Of a DNA stretch of 64,000 nucleotides, positions 51,287-61,513 are shown in pieces. The translations under genes were made by a program, and so were the position numbers. The stretch is from contig JAWKON010000042.1 in the NCBI GenBank assembly GCA_041391125.1, positions 3,154 through 67,153 on the forward strand, read 5' to 3'. Numbering within the stretch: the stretch's first letter is position 1; every line of letters begins with the position of its first letter. The notes below the pieces were generated by a model, which did no database searches, had not been told where the DNA came from, and saw only the letters and a program-made list of their open reading frames with translations. Source of the stretch: Caldilineaceae bacterium (GTDB lineage Bacteria > Chloroflexota > Anaerolineae > Caldilineales > Caldilineaceae).

Positions 51287-52655
51287 ATGAAACAACGCAA
51301 ATTCTGGCTAATTTTCGTCCTGCTCTTTGGCTTGCTCATGGCGGCCTGCGCGCCAGCTCAGCAGGCCGCGCCTGCCGAGGAGCGACGCGCACAGCCGCAC
51401 CGGAAAAGGCGACCGTCGAATTTTGGTTCAACCCACCGTCGGGCGGCGTATCGAAGGCATCAACTGCATGGTGGAATCCGCCATTGACCCGTTCAATGAG
51501 CAAAGCGAAACTATTTTTGTCAACGCCGTGGCCAATCCAGATACGTGGAACGCCACGCGCACGGCACTGGCGGGCGGCGCCGGTCCGGATATTGTAGGGA
51601 CGCCGGGACCATCCTTTGTCTATGAATTGGCGGCGGCTGGCCAGCTTTTGCCGCTGGATGATTTTGTGGACACGCTGGGCTGGGACCAGAACGTGGTGCC
51701 GTGGGCCCTGAGCCTGGGCCAGGTGGACGGCAAGCTCTACAGCCTGCCCGATGAGCTGGAAACGCTGGTGCTCTATTACAACAAAACGCTCTTTGAAGCC
51801 AACGGCTGGGAGCCGCCCACCACGATGGACGAGATGACCGCGCTGGCAGAAAAAGTGGCCGCCGCCGACATTATCCCCTTCTCGCACGCCAATGCCGAAT
51901 GGCGGCCGGCCAACGAGTGGTTTGTGGGCGAATGGCTCAACCACGTGGCCGGGCCGGACAAGGTCTATCAGGCGCTCAAAGGTGAAATTAGCTGGGACGA
52001 TCCCGACTTTGTGACCGCCATGAACATCCTCAACGATTACCAGCAAAACGGCTACTTTATGGGCGGGTTGGAGCTCTATTACACGACCACTTTTGACGAA
52101 TTCCTGACCACCTTTGCCAAGGGCGAAGCCGCCATGAATATCGAAGGCACCTGGCGGGCGCAAGACCTGGTGGATGTCTATTTCACTGAGGATAACGGCG
52201 GCAACGAGTGGGACTGGGTACCCGTACCCTCCACCACCGGCGACGCCATTTTTGACATCGGCATGGGCCAAACCTGGTCGATCAACAAAAACGCGGCCAA
52301 TCCACAGGCGGCGGCGGAATTTCTGACCTACTTGTACTCGCCGGCCACCCAGGCCACGCTGATCCAGAAATGCGGCAAGGCGCCAGCCCCCGTCAAGCTG
52401 GAGGCCGATGCGCTGGACTCGATTGACCCGCGCATTGCCAGCATCTTCGCCGCCTTCTCCGAGGCCAACGACCAGGGTCGCTACGGCTACACCACCTGGA
52501 CCTTCTGGCCGCCCAAGAGCGACGCCTATATTTACGAAGAGGTGGAAAAAGTGTGGGCCGGCGACATGACCGTCGAGGAGTACCTGACCGGGCTCAACGA
52601 TCTGTTCCAGGAAGAGCTGGCCGAGGGCGCAATTCCGCCGATTCCGGAGCGGTAA
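51287..52655 (+). CDS. sugar ABC transporter substrate-binding lipoprotein (family 1 SBP); two frame shifts in codons ~30-60
   Basis: Lipoprotein signal MKQRKFWLIFVLLFGLLMAAC, then EKATVEFWFNPPSGG (third frame), then ORF 51327-52655 with typical SBP_bac_1 content. Confidence 0.8.
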
Positions 52656-52719
52656 GGGATGATAAGATGAAGGGATGACAGGATGACATGGTGACTATTC
52701 ATCTTGTCATCTTGTCATA
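52656..52719. repeat. word hairpin, family GATGACAAG
   Basis: ggtaagggatgataagatgaagggatgacaggatgacatggtga ... ttcatcttgtcatcttgtcat, lying between the SBP and permease genes. Confidence 0.85.
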
Positions 52720-52733
52720 GAAAAGGAGCAACA

Positions 52734-53675
52734 ATGGCTCAAGTACAAGAAGCGCCCATGCTGACCGGCGGCGTGGCCACGCAATCGCGGCGGCGCACAA
52801 AGCGGCTGTTTCAGAAGAACGTTGTGCCGTGGCTTTTTATTGCACCGATTTTGCTGCTGCATCTGGTGGTGGTGATTGGGCCGTCGCTGGCTGCGTTTTA
52901 TTATTCGCTGACCGACTGGTCCGGCATTGGGCCGGCCGAGTATGTGGGGCTGAAGAATTTTCAAGAGCTGATCTTTGAGGACCGCAACTATCGGGCCGCG
53001 CTCCAGCACAACATCTCGTGGCTGCTCTTTTTTATGACCGTGCCCTTTTTTATGGCGCTGGTGGCGGCGGCGCTGTTGGCGCAGATCAAGCGCGGCAGTA
53101 TGCTCTTCCGCGCCGTCATGTTCATCCCCTACATTCTGCCCAGCGTGATCATCGTCAGCATCTGGCGCAACCTGTTGAGCCCGCGCCTGGGCATTGGCGC
53201 GCAACTGGCCAGTTGGGGCATTGGCGGGCTGGATCGCGCCTTTTTGGGCGAGACCACCACGGCGCTGCTCACCATTGCGTTTATCGACAACTGGCACTTT
53301 TGGGGCTTTTTGATGGTGCTCTTTCTGGCCGCCATGCAAAACATCCCGCCTGAACTCTACGACGCCGCCAAGATCGACGGCGCCAATCGCCGTCAAGAAT
53401 TTCGCCACGTGACCATTCCGGGCATCCTGCCCACGCTGTCGTTTATGCTGCTCATGGTGGGCATCTGGTCGTTCCTGGTCTTTGACTATGTGTGGCTGCT
53501 CACGCAGGGCGGGCCGGCCGGCGCCTCCGAGGTGATGGCGACCTATCTGTACAAGCAGGCGTTCAACCGCTTTGAAGCCGGTTACGCCTCAGCCATTGGT
53601 CTATCCATGAGCCTCTTTGCGGGCGTCATCATCAGCGTCTTTGTAATCCTGCGCCGCCGGGGATGGGAGATTTAG
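52734..53675 (+). CDS. carbohydrate ABC transporter permease (MalF/UgpA-like)
   Basis: AAGGAG RBS, six TM segments and the EAA-type loop (PPELYDAAKIDGANRRQEFRHVTIP). Confidence 0.9.
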   Translation: MAQVQEAPMLTGGVATQSRRRTKRLFQKNVVPWLFIAPILLLHLVVVIGPSLAAFYYSLTDWSGIGPAEYVGLKNFQELIFEDRNYRAALQHNISWLLFFMTVPFFMALVAAALLAQIKRGSMLFRAVMFIPYILPSVIIVSIWRNLLSPRLGIGAQLASWGIGGLDRAFLGETTTALLTIAFIDNWHFWGFLMVLFLAAMQNIPPELYDAAKIDGANRRQEFRHVTIPGILPTLSFMLLMVGIWSFLVFDYVWLLTQGGPAGASEVMATYLYKQAFNRFEAGYASAIGLSMSLFAGVIISVFVILRRRGWEI

Positions 53676-53678
53676 CCT

Positions 53679-54512
53679 ATGTTTCGCAAACAACGGGGCG
53701 CCAGCCTGCTGCCCAATTACTTAATCCTGCTGCTGCTGACGGCGTTCGCCATCGGGCCGCTAATGGTGCTGGGCTTCAATTCGGTCAAGGATCGCACCGA
53801 AATTGCCGCCAATCCGCTGGGGCCGCCCAGCGAAATCCATTTGGAGAATTTCAGCAACGCCTGGCGCGAAGGCAAGTTTGCCACCACAGTGACCAACAGC
53901 GCAATTCTGGTCATCTCCACCGTGATCGCCGAGCTGATCTTTGCTGGCATGGCGGCCTACAGCCTGGCCCGGCTCAATCCGCCGGGCGAGAATGTTTTTA
54001 TGCTTTACATGCTGGTCGGCTCCACGCTGCCGGTCTGGCTCTTTCTGGTGCCGCTCTTTTCGCTGTGGCGCATGTTGGGGCTGATCAACAGCCTCTTTGG
54101 GCTGATCCTGCTCTATACGGCCTTCAATTCGCCCTTCTCCATTTTTCTGCTGCGCTCGTTTATGATACAGGTGCCGCGCGATTTTGATGACGCCGCCCGC
54201 GTCGACGGCGCCAATACGTTTCAGGTCTTTACGCGCGTGCTGCTGCCGCTGACCTGGCCCGGCTTTCTCACCGTGGGCCTGATTGTGGGGCTGGGCGTGT
54301 GGAGCGAATTCCAGATTGCGCTCATCTTTGTCTCCAAGCCGGAACTCTTCCCGGTCACCACCAGCTACTACAACTTTACCGAACGCTTTGGCCGCGACTG
54401 GTCGCTCACCAGCGCCGCCGCCGTCATTATGATCGCGCCCATTCTGGTGCTCTTTTTGGGTCTGCAGCGGCGGTTTATTGATGGGCTGACGCAAGGCGGG
54501 TTGAAAGCGTGA
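53679..54512 (+). CDS. carbohydrate ABC transporter permease (MalG/UgpE-like)
   Basis: Six TM segments and the EAA loop (VPRDFDDAARVDGANTFQVFTRVLLP). Confidence 0.9.
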   Translation: MFRKQRGASLLPNYLILLLLTAFAIGPLMVLGFNSVKDRTEIAANPLGPPSEIHLENFSNAWREGKFATTVTNSAILVISTVIAELIFAGMAAYSLARLNPPGENVFMLYMLVGSTLPVWLFLVPLFSLWRMLGLINSLFGLILLYTAFNSPFSIFLLRSFMIQVPRDFDDAARVDGANTFQVFTRVLLPLTWPGFLTVGLIVGLGVWSEFQIALIFVSKPELFPVTTSYYNFTERFGRDWSLTSAAAVIMIAPILVLFLGLQRRFIDGLTQGGLKA

Positions 54513-54676
54513 TTTACGATCTCAGATTTACGATTTACGAAGGCGTCGCTTGTAACCCACGGGGAAAGTGTGCGTTGCACCGCCTCGGATCATTTAATAC
54601 TATGTGACAGCGTGGCAGGCGGTGCGATGCACACGGCTTAAACCATTTACGATTTCAGATGTACGATTTACGAAGG
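54511..54676. repeat. direct GATTTACGA-word repeats flanking a 17-bp inverted repeat
   Basis: gatttacgatctcagatttacgatttacgaagg (54511-54543) and atttacgatttcagatgtacgatttacgaagg (54644-54676) flank gtgtgcgttgcaccgcc / ggcggtgcgatgcacac (54568-54584 / 54618-54634). Confidence 0.85.
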
Positions 54677-54704
54677 TGGCTGATAGTTCCAGAATGAACG
54701 CGCG

Positions 54705-55112
54705 ATGATTGAGATTGCATTGTATAGCGAACGCCCTATCCCTGCACAGGCCGTGCGGCAGCTTTATGATGCTGTAGATTGGTGGCCGGATCGCGCTATC
54801 GAACAGATCGAAGCGGTTTTGGAACAGGATGTGGCCGTCGGGGCCTGGGATGGAGAGCGATTGGTGGGGTTTGCGCGGGCGCTATCCGATGGCCATTTTC
54901 ACGCCTACGTCGAAGACGTGATGGTGCATCCCGATTATCGACGGCGCGGCATCGCAGATCGCATGTTGCAGCGGCTGCTGGAGGCGCTGGCGCATATTGA
55001 TACGATTTCACTTTTCTGTAAGAACGACTTAATTCCTCTATATGAGCGGCGCGGTTTTGTGGCTTTCGAAAAGCAGAAAGTGCTGCACTGCCATTTCCAT
55101 TCTGGAGCGTAG
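54705..55112 (+). CDS. GNAT-family N-acetyltransferase
   Basis: 135 aa with the acetyl-CoA motif V.PDYRRRGIADRML. Confidence 0.8.
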   Translation: MIEIALYSERPIPAQAVRQLYDAVDWWPDRAIEQIEAVLEQDVAVGAWDGERLVGFARALSDGHFHAYVEDVMVHPDYRRRGIADRMLQRLLEALAHIDTISLFCKNDLIPLYERRGFVAFEKQKVLHCHFHSGA

Positions 55113-55172
55113 AGCGAAATCATAGTGAATCAAACGATCACAAAAATCAAAGTAGAGACATACGACGGGGAA

Positions 55173-56421
55173 TCATGGCGTAACCAAAAGACGCGCTACG
55201 GGCACAGCCCAAATATTGGGAGCAAGCTGCTCCAGCGTTGGGCCATTGTAAACCACAATGCCGCCGCGCCACTGACTGCCGAGAGCTTCGCCCACCGTTT
55301 TTAGACTCCGCCAGTCCGCCGAAGCCAGCCGCAATGACGATTTTATCTCCATGCCCCAGATTCCGTGCGGGGTTGTCGCCAACAGGTCAACTTCCAGCCC
55401 GGAGTGTGTACGATAAAAGGCCAGATCCACATCCAATTCATTGGTTTTGATCCATTTATGCACTTCCGTCACCACCAATGTTTCAAAGAGCGCGCCTGTG
55501 GCCGGACCCCGATAGCGGGTCAGTTGGCGGTAGAGCCCCATATCGCCCCAATAAATTTTGGGCGATTTGATCAGCGCGCTGGTCATATTGGTAGAATATG
55601 GCGGCAAGAGAAATGCCTGATAGGAGAGCCGCAGATACTCAAGATAGCGCCGGCTGGTAGTGGCGCTTAGACCAGCGTCACGCGCCAGTTGCGAATAGGA
55701 AAGGAGTTGGCCCGTGCGCAACGCCAGAGACGCTGAATTTGGCGAAACGGCATCAGATCATTCAGGCGCGCCAAATCGGTCAAATCTCGTTCCAGATAGG
55801 CGGTGTCATAAGATTGCAACCATTTGCGACGTTCCGCATCAGGCAGCGGCAAAAGGGCCGGCATACCGCCCCATTCCAACAGATGCTCAATCGCTTGAGC
55901 GCCCACGTTGGCCGCTTCTCCTACCAGAATATTGGGGCGGTCGCCAACAGTTCATCCGCATTGCCGGGTTCATTGAGCAGGCGGTCCAACAGCGGTCTTT
56001 GCGGTTCAGCATCAGCGGGGCAAACAAGTTCACATGCCATCAGCGGCCAAAGTTCATAGATAAAGGCGCGCCCAGCCAGCGTCTCGCGCACCTTTTGCAG
56101 CATTAATATCTGGGATGAACCGAGCAAAACGGTGGACTGAATTTGACCGGCATCAAAAGCGTACTTCACTTTATCAAAAACGCCCGGCTCTTTTTGCGCT
56201 TCATCCAAAATGGCGGGGCCAACCGCCTCCGCCCACATATCGGTGCGGACGGCGCGCACAGCCTCGCGCTGCTCAATGGCATCCAGATTGATATAATTGA
56301 GGTCGGCGTAAAGCCCTCTGGCCAGCGTCGTCTTTCCCGTCTGACGGGCGCCGGTTATGACGACGAGATGTTGCGCAGAATAGGCGGTTAATGGCTGACT
56401 CAAGTAGCGAAACCTCGGCAT
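55173..56421 (-). pseudogene. AAA+ ATPase with DUF4143 domain (AAA_14/DUF4143 family), two frame shifts
   Basis: MPRFRYL...VVITGARQTGKTTLA (ORF 55921-56442), a middle part in 55667-55906, and the DUF4143-type C-terminus LSATTSRRYLEYL...YWGDMGL (55173-55721). An alternative ATG lies at 56433. Confidence 0.75.
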
Positions 56422-56493
56422 TTCTGTTCTCATAATGGTCAATTATACCCTAAAATTGACCACCAAGCAAACAAATTAATAGGAATTCTAACC

Positions 56494-58649
56494 ATGACCC
56501 TACCACACGACTACACCGAACGCGTCTACGCCGGCGTCCTCGGCAAAATCATCGGCGTCTACCTGGGCCGCCCATTTGAGGGCTGGAGCTATGAGCGCAT
56601 CATGGCCGAGCTGGGCGAGATCAACTATTACGTGCACGAGCGGCTGGACGTGCCGCTGGTGGTGACCGATGACGACATCTCCGGCACCTTCACCTTTCTG
56701 CGCGCCTGCCCGATTATGGCAACAGCCTGGCGCTGACCCCCGCCCAAATTGGCCAGACCTGGCTCAACTATCTGATCGAAAAGCGCACCATTCTCTGGTG
56801 GGGCGGCATGGGCAACTCGACCGAACACACCGCCTACATGCGGCTCAAGCACGGCATCCAAGCGCCGGAGAGCGGCTCGATAGCGCTCAACGGCAAAGTG
56901 GTGGCCGAGCAGATCGGCTCGCAGATCTTTATCGACGGCTGGGCGATGGTCTCACCGGGCGACCCGGAGCGAGCCGCCGACCTGGCGCGACGGGCAGCCA
57001 GCGTCAGCCACGACGGCGAGGCGATCTACGGTGCGCAGGTCATCGCGGCCATGGAAGCCCAAGCCTTTGTCGAGTCGGACATCAATAAACTCATCGACAC
57101 GGCGGTGCGCTTTATCCCCAAAGATTCGATCATCTACCGGCTGATCAGCGATATTCGGGATTGGCACGCCGAGGTCCCGCATGATTGGCGGAAGACGCGC
57201 GCAGCGATTGCTGCGTACTATGGCTACGACAAATATGGCGGCAACTGCCACATGGTGCCCAACCACGCGCTGATCATCCACGCCCTGCTGCACGGCGAGG
57301 ATGACTTCCAGAAATCGCTCATGATCGTCAACACCTGCGGCTGGGACACCGACTGCAATTCGGGCAACGTGGGCTGTCTGCTGGGCATCAAAAACGGCCT
57401 CGCCGCCATTGACCAGAGCGGGCCGGACTGGCGCGGCCCGGTGGCCGACCGCATGTATCTGCCCACGGCGGACGGCGGCCGCGCCATCTCTGACGCCGTC
57501 ACCGAAACGCTGCACGTGGTCAACATTGGGCGCGCCTTGGCCGGCGCCGAAGCGCTGGCGCCAAAAAACGGCGCCCAATTTCACTTTGAATTGCCGGGTG
57601 CGGTACAGGGCTTTATGCCCGAGGAGAGCATCGAGGCCAAAGGCGTGGCCACGGTGGAAAACGTAACCGGCCACAGCCGCCTGGGGTCGCGCAGCCTGGC
57701 CATCCGCTATCATGGTGTGGCCACCGGGCGTAGTGCCCGCGTCGCCACGCCCACTTTTACGCCGTCGCGCGCCGTGGCCGACTATTTCAGCCGCCGCGGC
57801 TATGCGCTGCTGGCCTCGCCGCGGCTCTATCCCGGCCAAACCGTACGCGCCGCGGTCAGCGCCGATGCACTCAATCAGCAACCGGTGCAGTGCTGCCTCT
57901 ACGCCCGCGTCTACGGTCCAGCCGATGCGCTGGAAATTGTGCGCGGCCCACAAGTTGAACTTAAGCCCGGCGCCGAACACGAATTCACCTGGACGCTGGC
58001 CGATACGGGCGGCGCGCCCATTGCCGAAGTGGGCGTGGAGGTGAGCAGCGCCACCCGCGCCGATGGCGTCGTCTATCTCGACTATCTGACCTGGGACGGC
58101 GCGCCCAATGTCACCCTGCGCAAGCCCGATTATGACGTGGGCTTCCAGCGCTTTGGCGGCGGGCCAACCAGCGATATGTGGCGTATGGCCTGGGTCAATG
58201 GCGTGGACCAGTATGACTGGTGGTGGCCCGAGGCGTACCGGCTGGTGCAGAACGAGGGGCGCGGTCTGCTCATGCAAGGCACGCGCCAATGGACCGATTA
58301 CACGGCGCGCGCCCAGATCACGCCGCACCTGGCCAAAGCCGCCGGGCTGGCCGCCCGCGTCCAGGGCATGCGGCGCTACTATGCCCTGCTGCTCTGCGCC
58401 GACCAAAAAGTGCGGCTGATCAAGGCGCTGGATGGCGACACCGTGCTGGCCGAGCAGGATTTCCCCTGGCGGTTGGGCGATGCGTACGAGCTGAGTTTGC
58501 AGGTGGCGGGGACCACAATCCGCGCCGGTGTGGATGGGCGCGAGCTGTTTGTGGTGGAAGATGCTGACGGTGCGCTGGAAAGTGGTGGCGTGGCGCTGGT
58601 GATTGAGGAGGGGCGCGTGGCGTGTGAGGCGGTGGTGGTGGCGGGATGA
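56494..58649 (+). CDS. ADP-ribosylglycohydrolase-family protein fused to a ~330-aa beta-rich C-terminal domain; one frame shift near 56710
   Basis: ERVYAGVLGKIIGVYLGRPFEGW...VTDDDISGT (ORF 56494-56736), then ORF 56808-58649 with WDTDCNSGNVG (ARH metal site). The C-terminus ends with a LamG/DUF1080-like segment (RYYALLL...VRLIKA.DG....AEQDFPW..G..Y.L...V.G..I...VDG). Confidence 0.75.
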
Positions 58650-58707
58650 GAGAGCAGCGGTAAATTCAATCGTCCCCCATTTGTATCTGGCGGCCCAACA
58701 GGAGAGC

Positions 58708-58843
58708 GAACGGCAGTTGAGCAGCCCTCGGCAGTTTGAGTCCTTGGGAGCGCAGCGGCAGTATCGAAACCAGAGTGAGCGGGTTTGACCCGTTTGGTCT
58801 CGATACGCTGCAAACGGCCGCAGCTACTCGACCGGCACTCGTC
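58708..58843. repeat. palindromic element, full copy
   Basis: gaacggcagttgagcagccctcggcag...gcagtatcgaaaccagagtgagcgggtttgacccgtttggtctcgatacgctgc...gcagctactcgaccggcactcg. Confidence 0.85.
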
Positions 58844-58927
58844 TGCACGGTCCGCCAGTCCTTCGCTTGATACATATGGCGGTAAATTCAGCCGTCCCCT
58901 GAACGTCTAAACGCAGTTTTAGGGCAT

Positions 58928-59230
58928 CCAGGGACGCGGCTTGACAAGCTTAGCCCTCGAGGATCATAAAAGACCCAATCAGAGAATTGATTGGGGTCTT
59001 TTGCTGCATTCCTTATAGAGATCACCCTTAAACATGGCACAAATGCAGGTTGTTTTTATGCGAGCCATTTGTGCCATGTTTATGGTTTGTCCATTAGTCG
59101 TACCAAATATACCACAACAAACAAGTTTGGGGGCATTCAAGGGGACGCGGGCTTCGACAAGCTTAGCCCTCGAGGATCATAAAAGACCCCAATCAGAGAA
59201 TTGAGTGGGGTCTTTTGCTGCATTCCTTAT
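58928..59230. repeat. two ~90-bp direct repeats, each containing a terminator-like hairpin
   Basis: Copy 1 is 58928-59016 and copy 2 is 59139-59230 (..gacgcgg.ctt.gacaagcttagccctcgaggatcataaaagacccc.aatcagagaattga.tggggtcttttgctgcattcctta). Both contain the stem gacccc.a.tca/tga.tggggtc followed by TTTT. Copy 2 ends at the stop codon of the cytochrome gene. Confidence 0.85.
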
Positions 59231-61513
59231 TTGCCGAAGATCGACATGATCTTCTCGATGACTGTGCTGAGCGTGCTGCCGGGATCTTCGCCCGCTTCGA
59301 TCAGATAACCGCCTTGCTTGGTGTGTTGGTTAAAGGAGATCAGGTCGCCCGCTTTGTCCTCATTGATCAACTCGGCGCGGTGGCATCCACCACAGGCGCG
59401 CGAGGCGGGGCCGGTGACGTAACTCGGTATGTTGCCGATGTTGCGGTCCCAACCGTTGATCGGGTCGGTGGCCGAAAGCAGACCGGGCAGCGCCTTGAAC
59501 TGATCCGGCACGTTGTAAGTACCCGTCACGTGGCAGGACTCACAATCTGTGCTGCCATGTTTGGGATAGGGGAACTCAATGTGATGCTGATAGTGCATGG
59601 CTTGCACCGGGTCGCTAAAGTCAATATCGCCAATATCGAAGGCCTGGAAGGAGTGAATCGCATGGATATAGGAATCGATGGAGCGCGACTGCAATTCCAG
59701 ATGCGAACCGCCGCTCTTGGTGATGTGGCACATTTTACAGACCACAATGTTGCCCCCGCGATCCGGTGAATGGAAGGTGGTGGCCAGCGCTTCATGGCAG
59801 TTGTTGCATCCATCCGCCACCTTGGCGACAGGCGTGTAAAAGTCATCGGCAAAGGCATTGGCGCCCAGGTCAAACGTCCGCGACGGCGCATTGAGCGCAA
59901 CCTGGACGCCCCCCGATTTCTCCAGATCCGGCATGACGCCAATCTCCACTCTTTTGACGACGCCGGCCGACACCAAACCAAACCAATTCGACAAATCGGC
60001 CGTCACTTCCCAACTGCCGTCGGCGGCCAATACGGTCGTAAAGCGCGGGTGCTCCGTACCCACCACATATTCCAGCGCTCTTTGATCGTTGTTGTCAATG
60101 GCGCCGTCGCCGTTATCATCGGTCAGGCGCTCATGGGGGCCAATGATGAAATTCTTCGTGTCGTACCCATACAGACCGACCATCAACGTGGGCGTAATAT
60201 CCGCCACATCGAGCCCGGGGACATCCGGTGACTCGGCCGCGCTAAAGGTGACCGTGAGCATGGCGCCATCCAGAGATGCGCTGTTGATGGTAACGGAAAT
60301 GGCGTCGGAATACTTGAGCCCAGCAGTGGTGTAGATCACGTTGTTATAGCCGCTGTGAATTTCCCTAAAGCTTGGCCCCTCTTCGCCCTCACCATGACAC
60401 CCCGTACAGGACTTGGTGTTTAGGTCCATGCCATCATGCTCCGACGACTTGGCCAGGAGGGTCTGCAAGGCGAGTTTGTTGGTGCCATGCCTCGGAACCG
60501 GTCACAGGATGGCAGCTTTTACAGGTTTCTACGGTAAAGTTCGCATCGGTCAGCCATCTTGTCCAGTTTGCCCTCGTGACAGGTCAGCACAGTTGCCATG
60601 ATTGCGGATACGGGAACTCCATGGAGTGCGACATATGCACGTCGTTCATCAACCTTGTTTTATAGGCGTACTGGGTCTCCTGCTCGGGAGTCAATGTAAC
60701 TTCCTTGGCCAGATACGAAGCTGCCAGCGCCGGGTCGTCGACCAAAAGCTGCCATTCCACATGGCCGCCTTCCCCATTATCCAGATGGCAGCCCTTGCAG
60801 ACATAAAAATCCGTGGTGGGATCGTGGTTGACCTCGCCATAGATGTACCTGTGCTTGAGAAAAGGTGAAGTATGACACTTTTCACAGCCGGCCGCATTGG
60901 CGGCGGAAACAGATAATCCACCCCGGCGCCGGTTTGCAGCACTGGCAAAGGGATATTTCACTTCGCCGGCGCGCCGGCAGTTGACCGGACCGTCTCATCC
61001 GCACCGTACAACACGATGAGGCCCGCCATATTGGTGACATCCGGGGCCTCGCCGACCAGAGTGCTCGTACATCCGTCGGCGCCATCGCAGGTTGGGGATC
61101 GCCCAGCAGCGATAAGCGTTCACCGACCGGCTCAAACTGAATTTTTCACCGGTGTACGGTGTAAAGTAGATGCCCAGCGACTCCACTCGTCGGCATCAAT
61201 CGGTGACAGTCATCTTTGGTGATTTCCGAACGTCACTGTGCTCGTATCGGGCACCGTAATGCATACGCCAAATCGGTGACCTGAATGACGCCATCCTGGA
61301 TACACCATCATAAGACGCCTGATGTTTGGCACCGGCGTCTTTATGACAGTGGTGCACTGATCCTGGCTGCACATCCACTGTGGCAACAGTCGTGAGAGTC
61401 GGGCGGGACGGCTGACAGCGGCGCCCGGCCACGCCCACGCAGCCCGCCAGCCCAACCATGACTATAAAGAAGACAAAAATAAGGGAGAGCCCCCCCACAA
61501 GTTTCGTTTGCAT
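59227..61513 (-). pseudogene. multihaem (about 10 CxxCH) c-type cytochrome lipoprotein, several frame shifts
   Basis: AAGGAG RBS and the lipoprotein signal MQTKLVGGLSLIFVFFIVMVGLAGC at 61513. CxxCH motifs: CTGCH, CNNCH, CKMCH, CESCH, CGGCH (ORF 59227-60468) and CEKCH, CKGCH (ORF 60584-60961). CKSCH is in-frame in a short fragment at ~60500-60520. CATCH (60577-60592) and CTTCH (61343-61356) are restored by single-nt corrections. Confidence 0.8.

Noticed and set aside
58991-59182. 63-aa ORF between the two 90-bp direct repeats.
   Set aside because: It lies in a hairpin-rich intergenic region, has no RBS, shows AT-rich non-coding composition and has no recognisable motif.
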